Source: Thermoplasmata archaeon (GTDB taxonomy: Archaea; Thermoplasmatota; Penumbrarchaeia; JAEHCK01; GCA-020356005). From it: 48,699 nucleotides of DNA. Position 1 is the first letter of the stretch, and the number at the start of each line of letters is the position of its first letter. Made by a program: the position numbers and the translations under genes. The notes under the pieces are model-generated. The model was not told the DNA's origin and made no database searches. It was given only the letters and a program-made list of their open reading frames with translations. Shown piece by piece: positions 1-8,103 of this stretch. Where the stretch lies: positions 1,981,490 through 2,030,188 of the forward strand of contig CP070629.1 in the NCBI GenBank assembly GCA_020356005.1. The letters run 5' to 3'.

Positions 1-235
1 AGTGAAGAATATTTTTAATAAATATCAATTTAAAAAATAAAAATTACAGCTGCTTAATGAATAGGGTTCTGTAAGCTACCTTCACCCTTCAAGCGAGCGT
101 AGCGAGCGTATTTGGCCTTCACCATTCTCCAAGCGATTTAAAAAAAAAGTGGGGGGGAGGGGGCCCCGGAACATAGGACCTTGCACCTAAATGAGGGTTT
201 TCGCCATTCACTACTATCAAAGGAGTACTTCAGTC
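1..235. repeat. intergenic mosaic repeat, family A right-arm words
   Basis: 79-139 (ccttcacccttcaagcgagcgtagcgagcgtatttggccttcaccattctccaagcgattt) aligns with 8376-8444 with a few indels. A G-rich core gtgggggggagggggcccc lies at 149-167. Confidence 0.65.
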
Positions 236-243
236 ATTAAAAA

Positions 244-522
244 CTATTTCGCGACCCATTCTAATTTTTCAAAATAGTCAGGAGCGGATTTGCGCAGTTC
301 TCTCAACATCATTTTATGGGCCATTTTCGTGCCGTCGGGTCCTATAAATCTTTCCAGGGCGAATTCGATCCTTTTGATCAGTTCCTCGGCTTGTTCGGGA
401 GTTAGATCATATTCTGTGGCTCCCACTTCCTGGAGCTGTTTCTTGATTATACTAGGTAAAATGATCGGGCCTATTGGTTCCAACTTTTGTTGGATATTGT
501 GGATAAATCCCATTGAATCCAT
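244..522 (-). CDS. hypothetical small soluble protein
   Basis: 92-aa ORF with balanced composition and a GAGGAAG SD-like motif upstream. It starts 9 nt downstream of the stop of ORF 532..858 on the same strand. No family recognised. Confidence 0.45.
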   Translation of the reverse strand: MDSMGFIHNIQQKLEPIGPIILPSIIKKQLQEVGATEYDLTPEQAEELIKRIEFALERFIGPDGTKMAHKMMLRELRKSAPDYFEKLEWVAK

Positions 523-531
523 GTCTCTTCC

Positions 532-858
532 TCAGCTCCATAATGTTTTTAATTTTTCCAGGTTTTCTATTGTCTTCTGAAATATAATCAGAAAACAAAG
601 TCCCTCCCCGAATGCTATGGCTGCGCCGGCAGCGTTAAAATACCAGGCGTCGTTTACATTACCAATAAATCTTAATCCGAAACTTGCAAGATAAAGAAAT
701 GAAGCAATTAATAAGAATGTGATGGTGACTTCGATTATGCCCCCGCCTGTAAGTTTCAATGCCTTTCTACCTTTGGTTAATCCCATAAATATTACTATCA
801 AAGCACATATTACTCCCAAGAATTCAAGAATTGTAAGAGTTAAACTAGGAACATCCAT
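532..858 (-). CDS. hypothetical integral membrane protein (about 3-4 TM helices)
   Basis: 108-aa ORF made of long hydrophobic segments (LGVICALIVIFMGL, TITFLLIASFLYLASF, AAIAFGEGLCFLIIF). Confidence 0.45.
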   Translation of the reverse strand: MDVPSLTLTILEFLGVICALIVIFMGLTKGRKALKLTGGGIIEVTITFLLIASFLYLASFGLRFIGNVNDAWYFNAAGAAIAFGEGLCFLIIFQKTIENLEKLKTLWS

Positions 859-927
859 TCAATCACCCACTCATTATAATTATATTACATAATCAAAAAC
901 TAAAACCACATCATAAATTTCCGTTTA

Positions 928-1170
928 TCATTCTTCGTTACTACATTTATCACATATATATCCGTTATTGCTTTCTTCACTGTGAATTGAGCAAATATAA
1001 TTGTTGCAAACACTGCATGATCTGTTGGAATAGATCAGCCCACAAAGATAGCATTTATGAGTCGCTATTTTAGAAAGATTCCCATTATGATTATTTTTAT
1101 CCAATTCAAATTTCATACTTTTCATCTCCTCAAGACTTATCATAGAGTTTAGCATCATCTTCTCTACCAC
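928..1170 (-). CDS. small Cys-rich zinc-finger protein
   Basis: 80 aa with CxxC...CxxC...C...CxxC spacing (HKCYLCG..CSVCNNYIC..YICDKCS). It overlaps the stop of the upstream ORF by 7 nt, which suggests an operon. Confidence 0.5.
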   Translation of the reverse strand: MVEKMMLNSMISLEEMKSMKFELDKNNHNGNLSKIATHKCYLCGLIYSNRSCSVCNNYICSIHSEESNNGYICDKCSNEE

Positions 1171-1811
1171 CTCTTTTTATCTTTTCTAAATAAAAATATT
1201 GCGGCAAATATAATGAGTATTCCTCCGATACCTACTGCAATAAAACTTTCGGTGTTCAAATATACATAGGGTGAGAGCTCGATAAACTGTGTCGAAAAAT
1301 GTTTTATGTGAAACACATAAAAGGCTCCCTTTCCATTAGAATCGTTTGAGGAACTCATACCTTCGTAATTAACAGCCTCGCTGAGATCAAAATTTAAATT
1401 ATTGAAATCGTCGGTTATCAAATCATCTACAAATTCTTTATTTATGAGAATGTTTACATTATTTGTTGAATTTGTATCCTGTGCAGTTATAGATAATGTA
1501 CGTTCATCAGCATCGTACTCGACAGTAACTAAATCGACGCCGCTCCGATCCTTTGCCTTGTTGACCTTTACTACCCAGTGTTTATATTCCTCCACATACA
1601 AAAATGTGGTTTTACCACGGGCTCCTGCATTCTCCACTTTATCTTTTTTTGGTGTGGATGAATCATCACCATTTTCATCATCCTCGTTTTTGTCATCTTG
1701 CTCATCCTCTCCGCTTACAATTCCGATGGAGGTCAATAATAGAAAGATAACAATTATAATTGAAACAATAGACTTTGTCGGTTTCATTTTAATCTTTTTG
1801 ATAGGAGCCAT
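1164..1811 (-). CDS. hypothetical secreted/membrane-anchored acidic protein
   Basis: 215 aa with an N-terminal signal/TM segment (SIVSIIIVIFLLLTSIGIVSG), an acidic D/E-rich linker and a C-terminal TM followed by a basic tail (IGGILIIFAAIFLFRKDKKRW). Confidence 0.55.
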   Translation of the reverse strand: MAPIKKIKMKPTKSIVSIIIVIFLLLTSIGIVSGEDEQDDKNEDDENGDDSSTPKKDKVENAGARGKTTFLYVEEYKHWVVKVNKAKDRSGVDLVTVEYDADERTLSITAQDTNSTNNVNILINKEFVDDLITDDFNNLNFDLSEAVNYEGMSSSNDSNGKGAFYVFHIKHFSTQFIELSPYVYLNTESFIAVGIGGILIIFAAIFLFRKDKKRW

Positions 1812-1959
1812 AGATATACCACATTATTATATCGCCTCCGGGATATAAATAAAATCTGGCACATCTATCGAACAGATTAGCACAACCATCGAACATCAAA
1901 GGTAATCACCTGAAAAAATCTTTATATTCGTTGCGTTTTTTTTTATATAGGATGATAAT

Positions 1960-2229
1960 ATGGACAATTTCGAAATAGTTTTACGAATAGGTGTCATGGG
2001 ATTCGCTTTATTACTATTCATAGTACTGACTATTGCATATATTAATGTAAAAAATCCCAAGTTAATGTATGCATGCCTGGCGTTCTTGATATTCTTTATA
2101 AAGGGGATTATGTTCACACTGGGAATATTTTATGTTTATTTTTATAAGTTGTTTCCCACGACTTTTGAACTGGTATTACTTGATTTTTTCATTCTAGTCG
2201 TCCTGTATTTAGGAATTGCAAGAAAGTAG
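1960..2229 (+). CDS. small integral membrane protein (3 TM)
   Basis: 89 aa with three hydrophobic helices and AGGATGA 6 nt upstream of the ATG. It sits directly upstream of the wHTH gene on the same strand. Preferred over the overlapping minus-strand ORF 1896..2117. Confidence 0.45.
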   Translation: MDNFEIVLRIGVMGFALLLFIVLTIAYINVKNPKLMYACLAFLIFFIKGIMFTLGIFYVYFYKLFPTTFELVLLDFFILVVLYLGIARK

Positions 2230-2258
2230 TTTTTTAAATCTATTAAAGAGGATTCTTG

Positions 2259-2777
2259 ATGGATGATCAAACACTCACTCTTAAAAATAGAAGGGATTTA
2301 TATCAATATATATGTAAAAATCCCGGAATGCATTTAAGAGCCATAGAGAGAGCTATGAAAATTTCACTGGGTGATATAAGATATCATCTTGAGTATCTGG
2401 AAAAAGAGGGTTTGATTACATCTCAAAAAGATGAATATAAAAGAACTTACTTCTCGGCAGAGGATATATATCATGGCGATAGAGAAACTCTTGCCCTGCT
2501 GAGACAGGATTCACCGAGAAAGATCCTGTTATTTTTAATTAATCATCCTTCCTCACATTTTGAGGATATCCAGCAGGAATTGAAAAAATCGAAATCCACT
2601 ATCTCTTTTCATTTAAATAAATTAATAAAATGTAATATAATCGAGGTTAAAACAGAAGATAACAAAAATGAATATTCTATTATTGATATAGAACAGATCA
2701 TTAGACTTCTTATTACGTATCGGTCAAGCTTCATAGATGATACCGTTGATCGGGTTGTTGAGATGTGGTTAAGATGA
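2259..2777 (+). CDS. ArsR-like transcriptional regulator with two winged-helix modules
   Basis: Two HTH-like segments (GMHLRAIERAMKISLGDIRYHLEYLEKEGLI; SHFEDIQQELKKSKSTISFHLNKLIKCNII). ATG at 2259 is preceded by AGAGGA; the ORF track starts at a TTG at 2256. Confidence 0.7.
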   Translation: MDDQTLTLKNRRDLYQYICKNPGMHLRAIERAMKISLGDIRYHLEYLEKEGLITSQKDEYKRTYFSAEDIYHGDRETLALLRQDSPRKILLFLINHPSSHFEDIQQELKKSKSTISFHLNKLIKCNIIEVKTEDNKNEYSIIDIEQIIRLLITYRSSFIDDTVDRVVEMWLR

Positions 2778-2789
2778 TACGTCGCTTTC

Positions 2790-3175
2790 AGAGTGGTGAG
2801 CACGGTCCCTTCGGGACCTTGAATGGTGAGTGGTGAGTGAAATCTGATTCAATATCGATTACATAAATGGTGAGTACGACTGCTTCGCAGTCTTGTATGG
2901 AAAAGGCATTAAAAGCCTAGGGATTTGGGATTGGGACGGTTGCTACGCAACCTTTGGGGTTTAGGGTTGATTATAATCGATTGAAATTAACCCTAATCCC
3001 TAAAGCGAGCGACCATAGGGAGTACGCGTCCTAATCCCCAATCCCTGATTCTCACCATTCAAGTGAGAGCCCGAAGGGCTCGAGCGTCCTCACCATTCAC
3101 CACTCTTTAAGCAGTATCTCAGCTTACCTCACCATTTAAAAAGCATTACCTCAGCGCTCCTCAGCATTCACTAAT
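2790..3175. repeat. about 320-nt imperfect palindrome, family A (GGTGAG / GGGATT words), plus extra CTCACC/CTCAGC words
   Basis: agagtggtga (2790-2799) pairs with tcaccactct (3097-3106). Nested arms are gggatttgggattgggacg and cgtcctaatccccaatccc. The apex is gggttgattataatcgatt (2964-2982). Confidence 0.8.
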
Positions 3176-3391
3176 TATTTTCTCAACTTAATATAAAATA
3201 AACCAAAAAAAATCTAAATTGGATTATTTTTAAATACATGTATTTTCATTTCCATTGTTAATAAAAATTCAAAGAAAACGGTTTCGTGCTGAATTGGGAT
3301 GTTCATTAGAGGGAGACTGTAAAGTACATTGATTTCCCCTTTTATCTATCCCCATAATTCTCCTGTTCTCAGGGAGAGGAGGTGATCTGAA

Positions 3392-4819
3392 ATGAGAAAA
3401 TCCATTGGTACTTTAATGGTTCTTGCATTTGTTATTATTGCTTTTGGTTTTGCCCAGCCCGTCTCAGCCCAAATTACAGTGGAATTAATTGATATAGGAA
3501 CCCTGGGTTATAAACACAGCATTGCAAGAGATATGAATAATCTGGGCCATATTGCCGGCATGAGCCCTGTTGCAGAGCATGTTAACCATGTTTTCCTATG
3601 GACCGAAGAGACAGGAATGATGGACCTTGGTACATTGGGAGGCAACTTTGGCGAGGTTTTTGGAATCAATGACCTGGACCAGATAGTGGGATATACCCGC
3701 ATTAGTACAGATCCTTCTATAACTGACTTCCACGCGTTCTTATGGTCCGACGGCGTCATGACCGATCTCGGCACCCTGGGTGGAACGTTATCCATGGCAT
3801 ATGATATAAACAACCTGGGCCAGGTGGTAGGTTACAGTAAAACAGCTGAAGGATATAACCACGCGTTTCTCTATGAGAACGGAGAGATGAAAGACCTGGG
3901 AACCCTCGGTGGAACCAGCAGCTTTGCCAGACGTATTAATGAGGTGGGCCAGATCATCGGCCAGTCAAGAACTGCCTCTGGTGAAGAGCATGCGGTCATG
4001 TGGGAAAATGGGAAGCTAATCGATCTTGGAACTCTTGGACCCGGATGGTATGCACGACCGATAGCGATTAATGAACTCGGCCAGGTCGTAGGTTACTGCG
4101 TTGACTCTTCAAACCAGATTATACAGCATGCTACGTTGTGGGATTATCCCAGGGCAATCGATCTTGGAACCCTGGGAGGTATGTTTAGTAGTGCATTCGA
4201 CATCAATAACCTCGGTCAAATCGTTGGTGGCAGCCATACTGAAGACTACAAGATTCATCCAGTTCTATGGGAAGGAAAAGATATGATAGACCTGGGGGTA
4301 ATTTCGGGGCCAAGCGGAACTGCCCGTTTCATAAACGATAAGGGAGTCATCGCCGGAGATTATTTGACTGATACAGGCGAAGGCCGCAATTTCATATGGA
4401 CCGAACAGTACGGCAACATCGAGCTTCCGAATATTGGTGGTACCAGAAGTTGGGTATATGATTTGAATGAAAATAATCAAATTCTGGGATATGCACAAAC
4501 AGCCACGTTGGAATCTCATGCTATACAATGGACTTTAACCATACCCCAACCGGAAGACCCGGTAAGTTCAATCAGAGAAGAAATTGATGAGATCATCAGT
4601 ACCGGTGATCTTGGTGCAAACGAGGCAAATGCTTTCAACGGACCGCTAACAGGAGCTGAACATCAAATAGAGAAGGATAATACAGCAGCAGCAATAAATG
4701 GATTCAATGCTTTCATAAACCAGGTAGAGGCATTCAACAAAGCCGGTAAAATCTCAAACGAGGATGCGGCTACATTGATCGGTATGGCAAATGAGGCTAT
4801 TGCTGCACTCGGTGGTTAA
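3392..4819 (+). CDS. secreted HAF-family extracellular repeat protein with helical C-terminal domain
   Basis: Signal peptide (LMVLAFVIIAFGFAQPVSAQ). About 8 repeats of DLGTLGG..(x)..INNLGQVVGyS....HAFLW. C-terminal helical segment (EHQIEKDNTAAAINGFNAFINQVEAF..ISNEDAATLI) looks FIMAH-like. Perfect GGAGGTGA SD upstream. Confidence 0.75.
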   Translation: MRKSIGTLMVLAFVIIAFGFAQPVSAQITVELIDIGTLGYKHSIARDMNNLGHIAGMSPVAEHVNHVFLWTEETGMMDLGTLGGNFGEVFGINDLDQIVGYTRISTDPSITDFHAFLWSDGVMTDLGTLGGTLSMAYDINNLGQVVGYSKTAEGYNHAFLYENGEMKDLGTLGGTSSFARRINEVGQIIGQSRTASGEEHAVMWENGKLIDLGTLGPGWYARPIAINELGQVVGYCVDSSNQIIQHATLWDYPRAIDLGTLGGMFSSAFDINNLGQIVGGSHTEDYKIHPVLWEGKDMIDLGVISGPSGTARFINDKGVIAGDYLTDTGEGRNFIWTEQYGNIELPNIGGTRSWVYDLNENNQILGYAQTATLESHAIQWTLTIPQPEDPVSSIREEIDEIISTGDLGANEANAFNGPLTGAEHQIEKDNTAAAINGFNAFINQVEAFNKAGKISNEDAATLIGMANEAIAALGG

Positions 4820-4832
4820 AATCTATAGTATT

Positions 4833-4865
4833 GGGAGAGGTTTTGCCTCTCCTTAATTTTTTTTC
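4833..4865 (+). terminator. hairpin plus T-tract terminator candidate
   Basis: gggagagg-ttttg-cctctcc followed by ttaatttttttt, 14 nt after the stop codon of the HAF gene. Confidence 0.5.
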
Positions 4866-4869
4866 ATTT

Positions 4870-5160
4870 CATTATCGCTTAAAGAATGGTGAGGACGGCT
4901 GCTTCGCAGCCTTGAGCATTGAGCTATGAGCACGACCGCTTCGCGATCTTGTGCAAAAAAAGCTGAGAAAGCGATATATTCAGGCACTAGAGAATAGAGA
5001 TGAGGCGCTAGGGTGATTACAATCGATTAAAATCCCCAGGCCCGAGACCCGATGCCCCAGCCCCGAATATGTTTATTGCTCAAGCGAGCGAAGCTCGCGT
5101 GCTCAACGCTCAAGCGAATGAACGAAGTGAGTGAGCGTGCTCAATGCTTTCAAAGCATTA
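4870..5160. repeat. intergenic palindromic element (GAGCA/TGCTC words, family A module at its 5' end)
   Basis: Left arm is aatggtgaggacggctgcttcgcagccttgagcattgagctatgagcacg. Right arm is cgtgctcaacgctcaagcg..cgtgctcaatgctt. Apex is gggtgattacaatcgatt (5011-5028). Confidence 0.7.
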
Positions 5161-5167
5161 ACCAATT

Positions 5168-5662
5168 TTATAGATTATACTTTAATCCAACGCTTACAAC
5201 TAAAATAATCAATCCTGCAATCAGTACGCCAGCAAAGATAGCATAAAATGAGCGCCTGATGTCAAGATCGAACAGGTATGCAATGAGCGAGCCCGTCCAT
5301 GCACCGGTTACGGGCAGCGGGATGCCCACGAAAATCATTAGCCCTATAACTTCGTACTTACGAATGCTTTTACCCGCGCGGCGGCGCGTGCGTGCGAATA
5401 CCTTGTCCATTACCCTCGACCAGTACGGGTAGCGCCGCAGCCAGTTCTCCACGCGCTTGAAGAACACCAAAATGAACGGCACAGGTATCATGTTCGCCAC
5501 CACGCACAATGTAAACGCAAAGGCTATGTTCATATCGTAAACGAAGATTGCAATGGGCAGTGCACCCCTGAGCTCAACGAAGGGCAGCATTGATATGAAT
5601 GCGATAACGAACCAGTCTGGAAATGCTGCTAGAAATTCGGTAATCCTGTCGGCAACGGACAA
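5168..5662 (-). CDS. small multidrug-export-like membrane protein (COG2426 / Sm_multidrug_ex type)
   Basis: 164 aa, 4-5 TM, with the characteristic N-terminal motif LPFVELRGALPIAI. Confidence 0.65.
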   Translation of the reverse strand: MSVADRITEFLAAFPDWFVIAFISMLPFVELRGALPIAIFVYDMNIAFAFTLCVVANMIPVPFILVFFKRVENWLRRYPYWSRVMDKVFARTRRRAGKSIRKYEVIGLMIFVGIPLPVTGAWTGSLIAYLFDLDIRRSFYAIFAGVLIAGLIILVVSVGLKYNL

Positions 5663-5771
5663 AACTCACACCTGGAATTGATTTATATTGATATTTGTTG
5701 ATATCATATAGATTAAATATAATTTTCGAATGCTATCTTGACGATTAACAACAAAACTTTTTTGATTTTTG

Positions 5772-6402
5772 TTGCTTAGTAATACTACCAATACTACAAA
5801 ATCCAAATACTACAAAATTTACCTTTTAATGAATAGTTTCGGTGATCTCCTATTGTTAATTTTAATAAATATAGAATCATTATCATTTCAGGTTTGGGTG
5901 ATATAATGAAAACTGAACCAAAAAAGAAAAAGATTTACAATATTAGAGATAGAGTATTTCAATTCAGTCAAAGGATCTTGGAAATATCGGAATTACTACC
6001 TAATTCTAAAGCATGCGATGTTCTTAGAACTCAATTATTGAAATCAGGTACAGCGATAGGATCTAATTTAGAAGAAATCGATGGGACAATAACGAAACGA
6101 GATTTTTTAAACAAAGTTGTCATTGCCAGAAAGGAAGCAAAAGAGACACTCTACTGGCTACGATTAATCAAAGGAAAATATTTTGACGAAGAAATCATCA
6201 AGGATGATTTGGATGAACTTAATGAGATAACTCTTATACTGAGCGCAATAATAAACAAAACTAGAAAGAAAAATCCATCTTTGTAGTATTTGTCATTTGG
6301 ATTTCCACCGAAGGGGCTGGGGTGGGGCTTTGTAGTATTTGTAGTATTTGGCTTTCCTTTGTAGTATTTGTAGTATTTGAAGTATTTGATTTTACTAAGC
6401 AA
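5772..6402. mobile_element. inverted-repeat-bounded cassette carrying a four-helix-bundle ORF (IVS/MITE-like, no transposase)
   Basis: Terminal 11-mers ttgcttagtaa (5772-5782) and ttactaagcaa (6392-6402) are exact reverse complements. Inside them are arms of tactacaaa / tttgtagta word repeats. The ORF stop codon TAG lies inside the first tttgtagtatttg word. Confidence 0.45.
5906..6286 (+). CDS. four-helix-bundle protein (23S rRNA intervening-sequence protein / Avd-like family)
   Basis: Matches the family signature as I recall it: F.F...I......LP......L..QLLKSGTAIGSNLEE.......DF..K..IARKEAKETLYWLRL. Start placed at ATG 5906; the ORF track starts at TTG 5894. Confidence 0.85.
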   Translation: MKTEPKKKKIYNIRDRVFQFSQRILEISELLPNSKACDVLRTQLLKSGTAIGSNLEEIDGTITKRDFLNKVVIARKEAKETLYWLRLIKGKYFDEEIIKDDLDELNEITLILSAIINKTRKKNPSL

Positions 6403-6430
6403 TTTCAAATCCAAATAAATCGGCTTTTAA

Positions 6431-7759
6431 TCAATAATTTATCGCTTCAGTTTTCATATATTCTCTTAACAGCGATGTGGCGTATGTGCCTTTATTCAGC
6501 TGGAATTTGAACCTTGCAGAATCCTCTGTGATCTCCAGCTCGAAATTCGAAACAGGTGCCGCAAGTTCGCGCCGGATGCCCGAAGACGACGCGGGCAGCA
6601 GCTCGGGGATGACGAAATCGTCCGGCACCAATTTTTCTCGGTTAATGAACTCGTGCTCGATTTCGCCCTGCACCCCCGAGGCGAACTCCGTTTCCGAGCC
6701 GAAAACCAACCCACTTATAAACGCGCGCTGCGCGCCCACCAGCTTGGTGAGCTTCTTGCGGTTGTCAACCGTAACCTCGTACCATTCGGTATGGATGGGC
6801 AGCCCGTCCTTATCCACGGGCAGCACAAGATCCCCGGGCTGGGGCTCCGTCAACGATATGCCCCGCTCGATGCGCGCACAGAGGATGAGGTTGAATATAT
6901 ACGATTGGTATGAGTGCACGAACATCGCCAGCAGGTTCTGCGGAAACCTTCGCAGTGCCCCGATGTAGTCCTCGGGGTTGTCGATGAGGTATCTTATCAT
7001 CGCCCGTTCGAACTCCAGCTCCTTGGGGTATTCCTGCAGCGCACTCTCCAGGTCCCTCGTTTTTACCAGGTTGGTGCGTACCTCGAAGCCTATCGTATCC
7101 CCGGGGAGCGGCCTGCCGATATACTCCCATACCGCCTCCTCGAACTTGCGCTGCACAATATATTTCCCCACATTATGCGTTATGGGCCGTACGGCACCGA
7201 ACCGCTGCACACCGAAAAAATTGGGGAAGCCGTTGAGCTCCTCCAGCTGGGCTTGCGTTTCCTTAATGGCCTCCTCAAGTGCCTTGCCCTCGAGGTCGGG
7301 ATTGGATAAAAGTATATCGAACTTGTTGCCGTAAAGCCGGCCCAGCTTCAGGCGGTGGTTCGAGGTATAAACATCACTTATGGTAACATCGGGGATTCTT
7401 AAGTCCTTGAGATCTTCAGGCGAGGCCTCGAAGGACATCAGCTGGGTCGTTATTCCCCTCTTATCCTTTGTACCTGCAAAATGTACCTTGTGGCTCCTGA
7501 TATTAAGATCCCGGGCCAGCCTTTTCACCAGCCTGTTGGTCTCCCAGTTAAAGGCTTTCACTTTGGCCACGGAGAACCTCCCCGTTTTGGGCGGCTTTAC
7601 AGGGGCGGGGTACATGGAGACCTCCTCCACCACAAAATCCTCTGTTCGTTTGCGGAGCTTGCCACCTACTCCTGTGGATGTTGTATAAAATAATTCCAAA
7701 CCCATGGAACATTCGGCACTACCTGGTCTAAGCCTGTTTTGACCCGGAGCCGAGCTCAT
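6431..7759 (-). CDS. truD: tRNA pseudouridine synthase D (archaeal TruD/Pus7 type)
   Basis: N-terminal GVGGKLRKRTEDFVVEE and catalytic motif FAGTKDKRGITTQ. 442 aa. The true start may be the internal MGLELFYT (about 7705). Confidence 0.9.
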   Translation of the reverse strand: MSSAPGQNRLRPGSAECSMGLELFYTTSTGVGGKLRKRTEDFVVEEVSMYPAPVKPPKTGRFSVAKVKAFNWETNRLVKRLARDLNIRSHKVHFAGTKDKRGITTQLMSFEASPEDLKDLRIPDVTISDVYTSNHRLKLGRLYGNKFDILLSNPDLEGKALEEAIKETQAQLEELNGFPNFFGVQRFGAVRPITHNVGKYIVQRKFEEAVWEYIGRPLPGDTIGFEVRTNLVKTRDLESALQEYPKELEFERAMIRYLIDNPEDYIGALRRFPQNLLAMFVHSYQSYIFNLILCARIERGISLTEPQPGDLVLPVDKDGLPIHTEWYEVTVDNRKKLTKLVGAQRAFISGLVFGSETEFASGVQGEIEHEFINREKLVPDDFVIPELLPASSSGIRRELAAPVSNFELEITEDSARFKFQLNKGTYATSLLREYMKTEAINY

Positions 7760-8053
7760 TCACACACTAACCTTATTGACCAACTTCTCGAAGTCTTCAT
7801 ATTCCTTGAGTAATGATTTCAGTGCTTTCTTTAAAGCATCCTCGGGTTTGCCTTTGCGCACTTTTAAAAATATTCTAGGATGTTCAAGTTCGGGATGGCC
7901 CATTATATAAGTGGCCAATTCCACTTTTTTATCTTCCAAAAGTTTCTCGCGCAGTGGATGCAGGAGCGTTTCGCCCTCGCCCAGGACTTCAAGCTCCAGG
8001 GTGTCATCCGTATGTTCGATCTTTCGCAGTTCCATACTAATCTCAACCCTCAA
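7760..8053 (-). CDS. rpoL: DNA-directed RNA polymerase subunit L (Rpo11)
   Basis: 97 aa with LELEVLGEGETLLHPLREKLLEDKKVELATYIMGHPELEHPRIFLKV, the typical Rpo11/RpoL core. Its stop codon abuts the truD ATG (TGAATG). Confidence 0.85.
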   Translation of the reverse strand: MRVEISMELRKIEHTDDTLELEVLGEGETLLHPLREKLLEDKKVELATYIMGHPELEHPRIFLKVRKGKPEDALKKALKSLLKEYEDFEKLVNKVSV

Positions 8054-8103
8054 CGCTGGTGCTCTTTTTATATTTTTCCATAAATATGATTATATATCGA
8101 TTC

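Noticed and set aside
1402-2117. ORF 1402..1848 (+) antisense to 1164..1811, and ORF 1896..2117 (-) overlapping 1960..2229 (+).
   Set aside because: The chosen frames have a signal peptide, TM anchors and SD motifs, and fit operon order. The rejected frames are S/F-rich or lack any start context.
2879-2990. Eukaryote-like signals in family A words: GGTGAGT (5' splice-site consensus) and TTTAGGG / CCCTAA (telomere-like units).
   Set aside because: Only one or two units occur, they are embedded in a palindromic prokaryotic spacer, and the surrounding genes are clearly archaeal. I treat the resemblance as coincidental.
5906-6286. Diversity-generating retroelement, because the four-helix-bundle protein is Avd-like.
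   Set aside because: There is no reverse transcriptase gene, no template/variable repeat pair and no adenine-specific mismatch pattern anywhere in the window.
6151-6510. Small ORFs 6151..6414 (-) and 6322..6510 (+), and likewise 45980..46254 (-), 46340..46690 (+), 47613..47795 (+) and 5052..5246 (+).
   Set aside because: All lie within repeat elements or antisense to a better gene. Their peptides simply translate tandem words (e.g. YFKYYKYYKGK).
6477-7693. Cluster of 70-160-aa ORFs on both strands inside truD (e.g. 6477..6968, 6810..7130, 6914..7309, 6978..7334, 7380..7688).
   Set aside because: They overlap a confidently identified gene in a GC-rich stretch where stop codons are rare. Their products are R/P/S/G-rich with no recognisable motifs.
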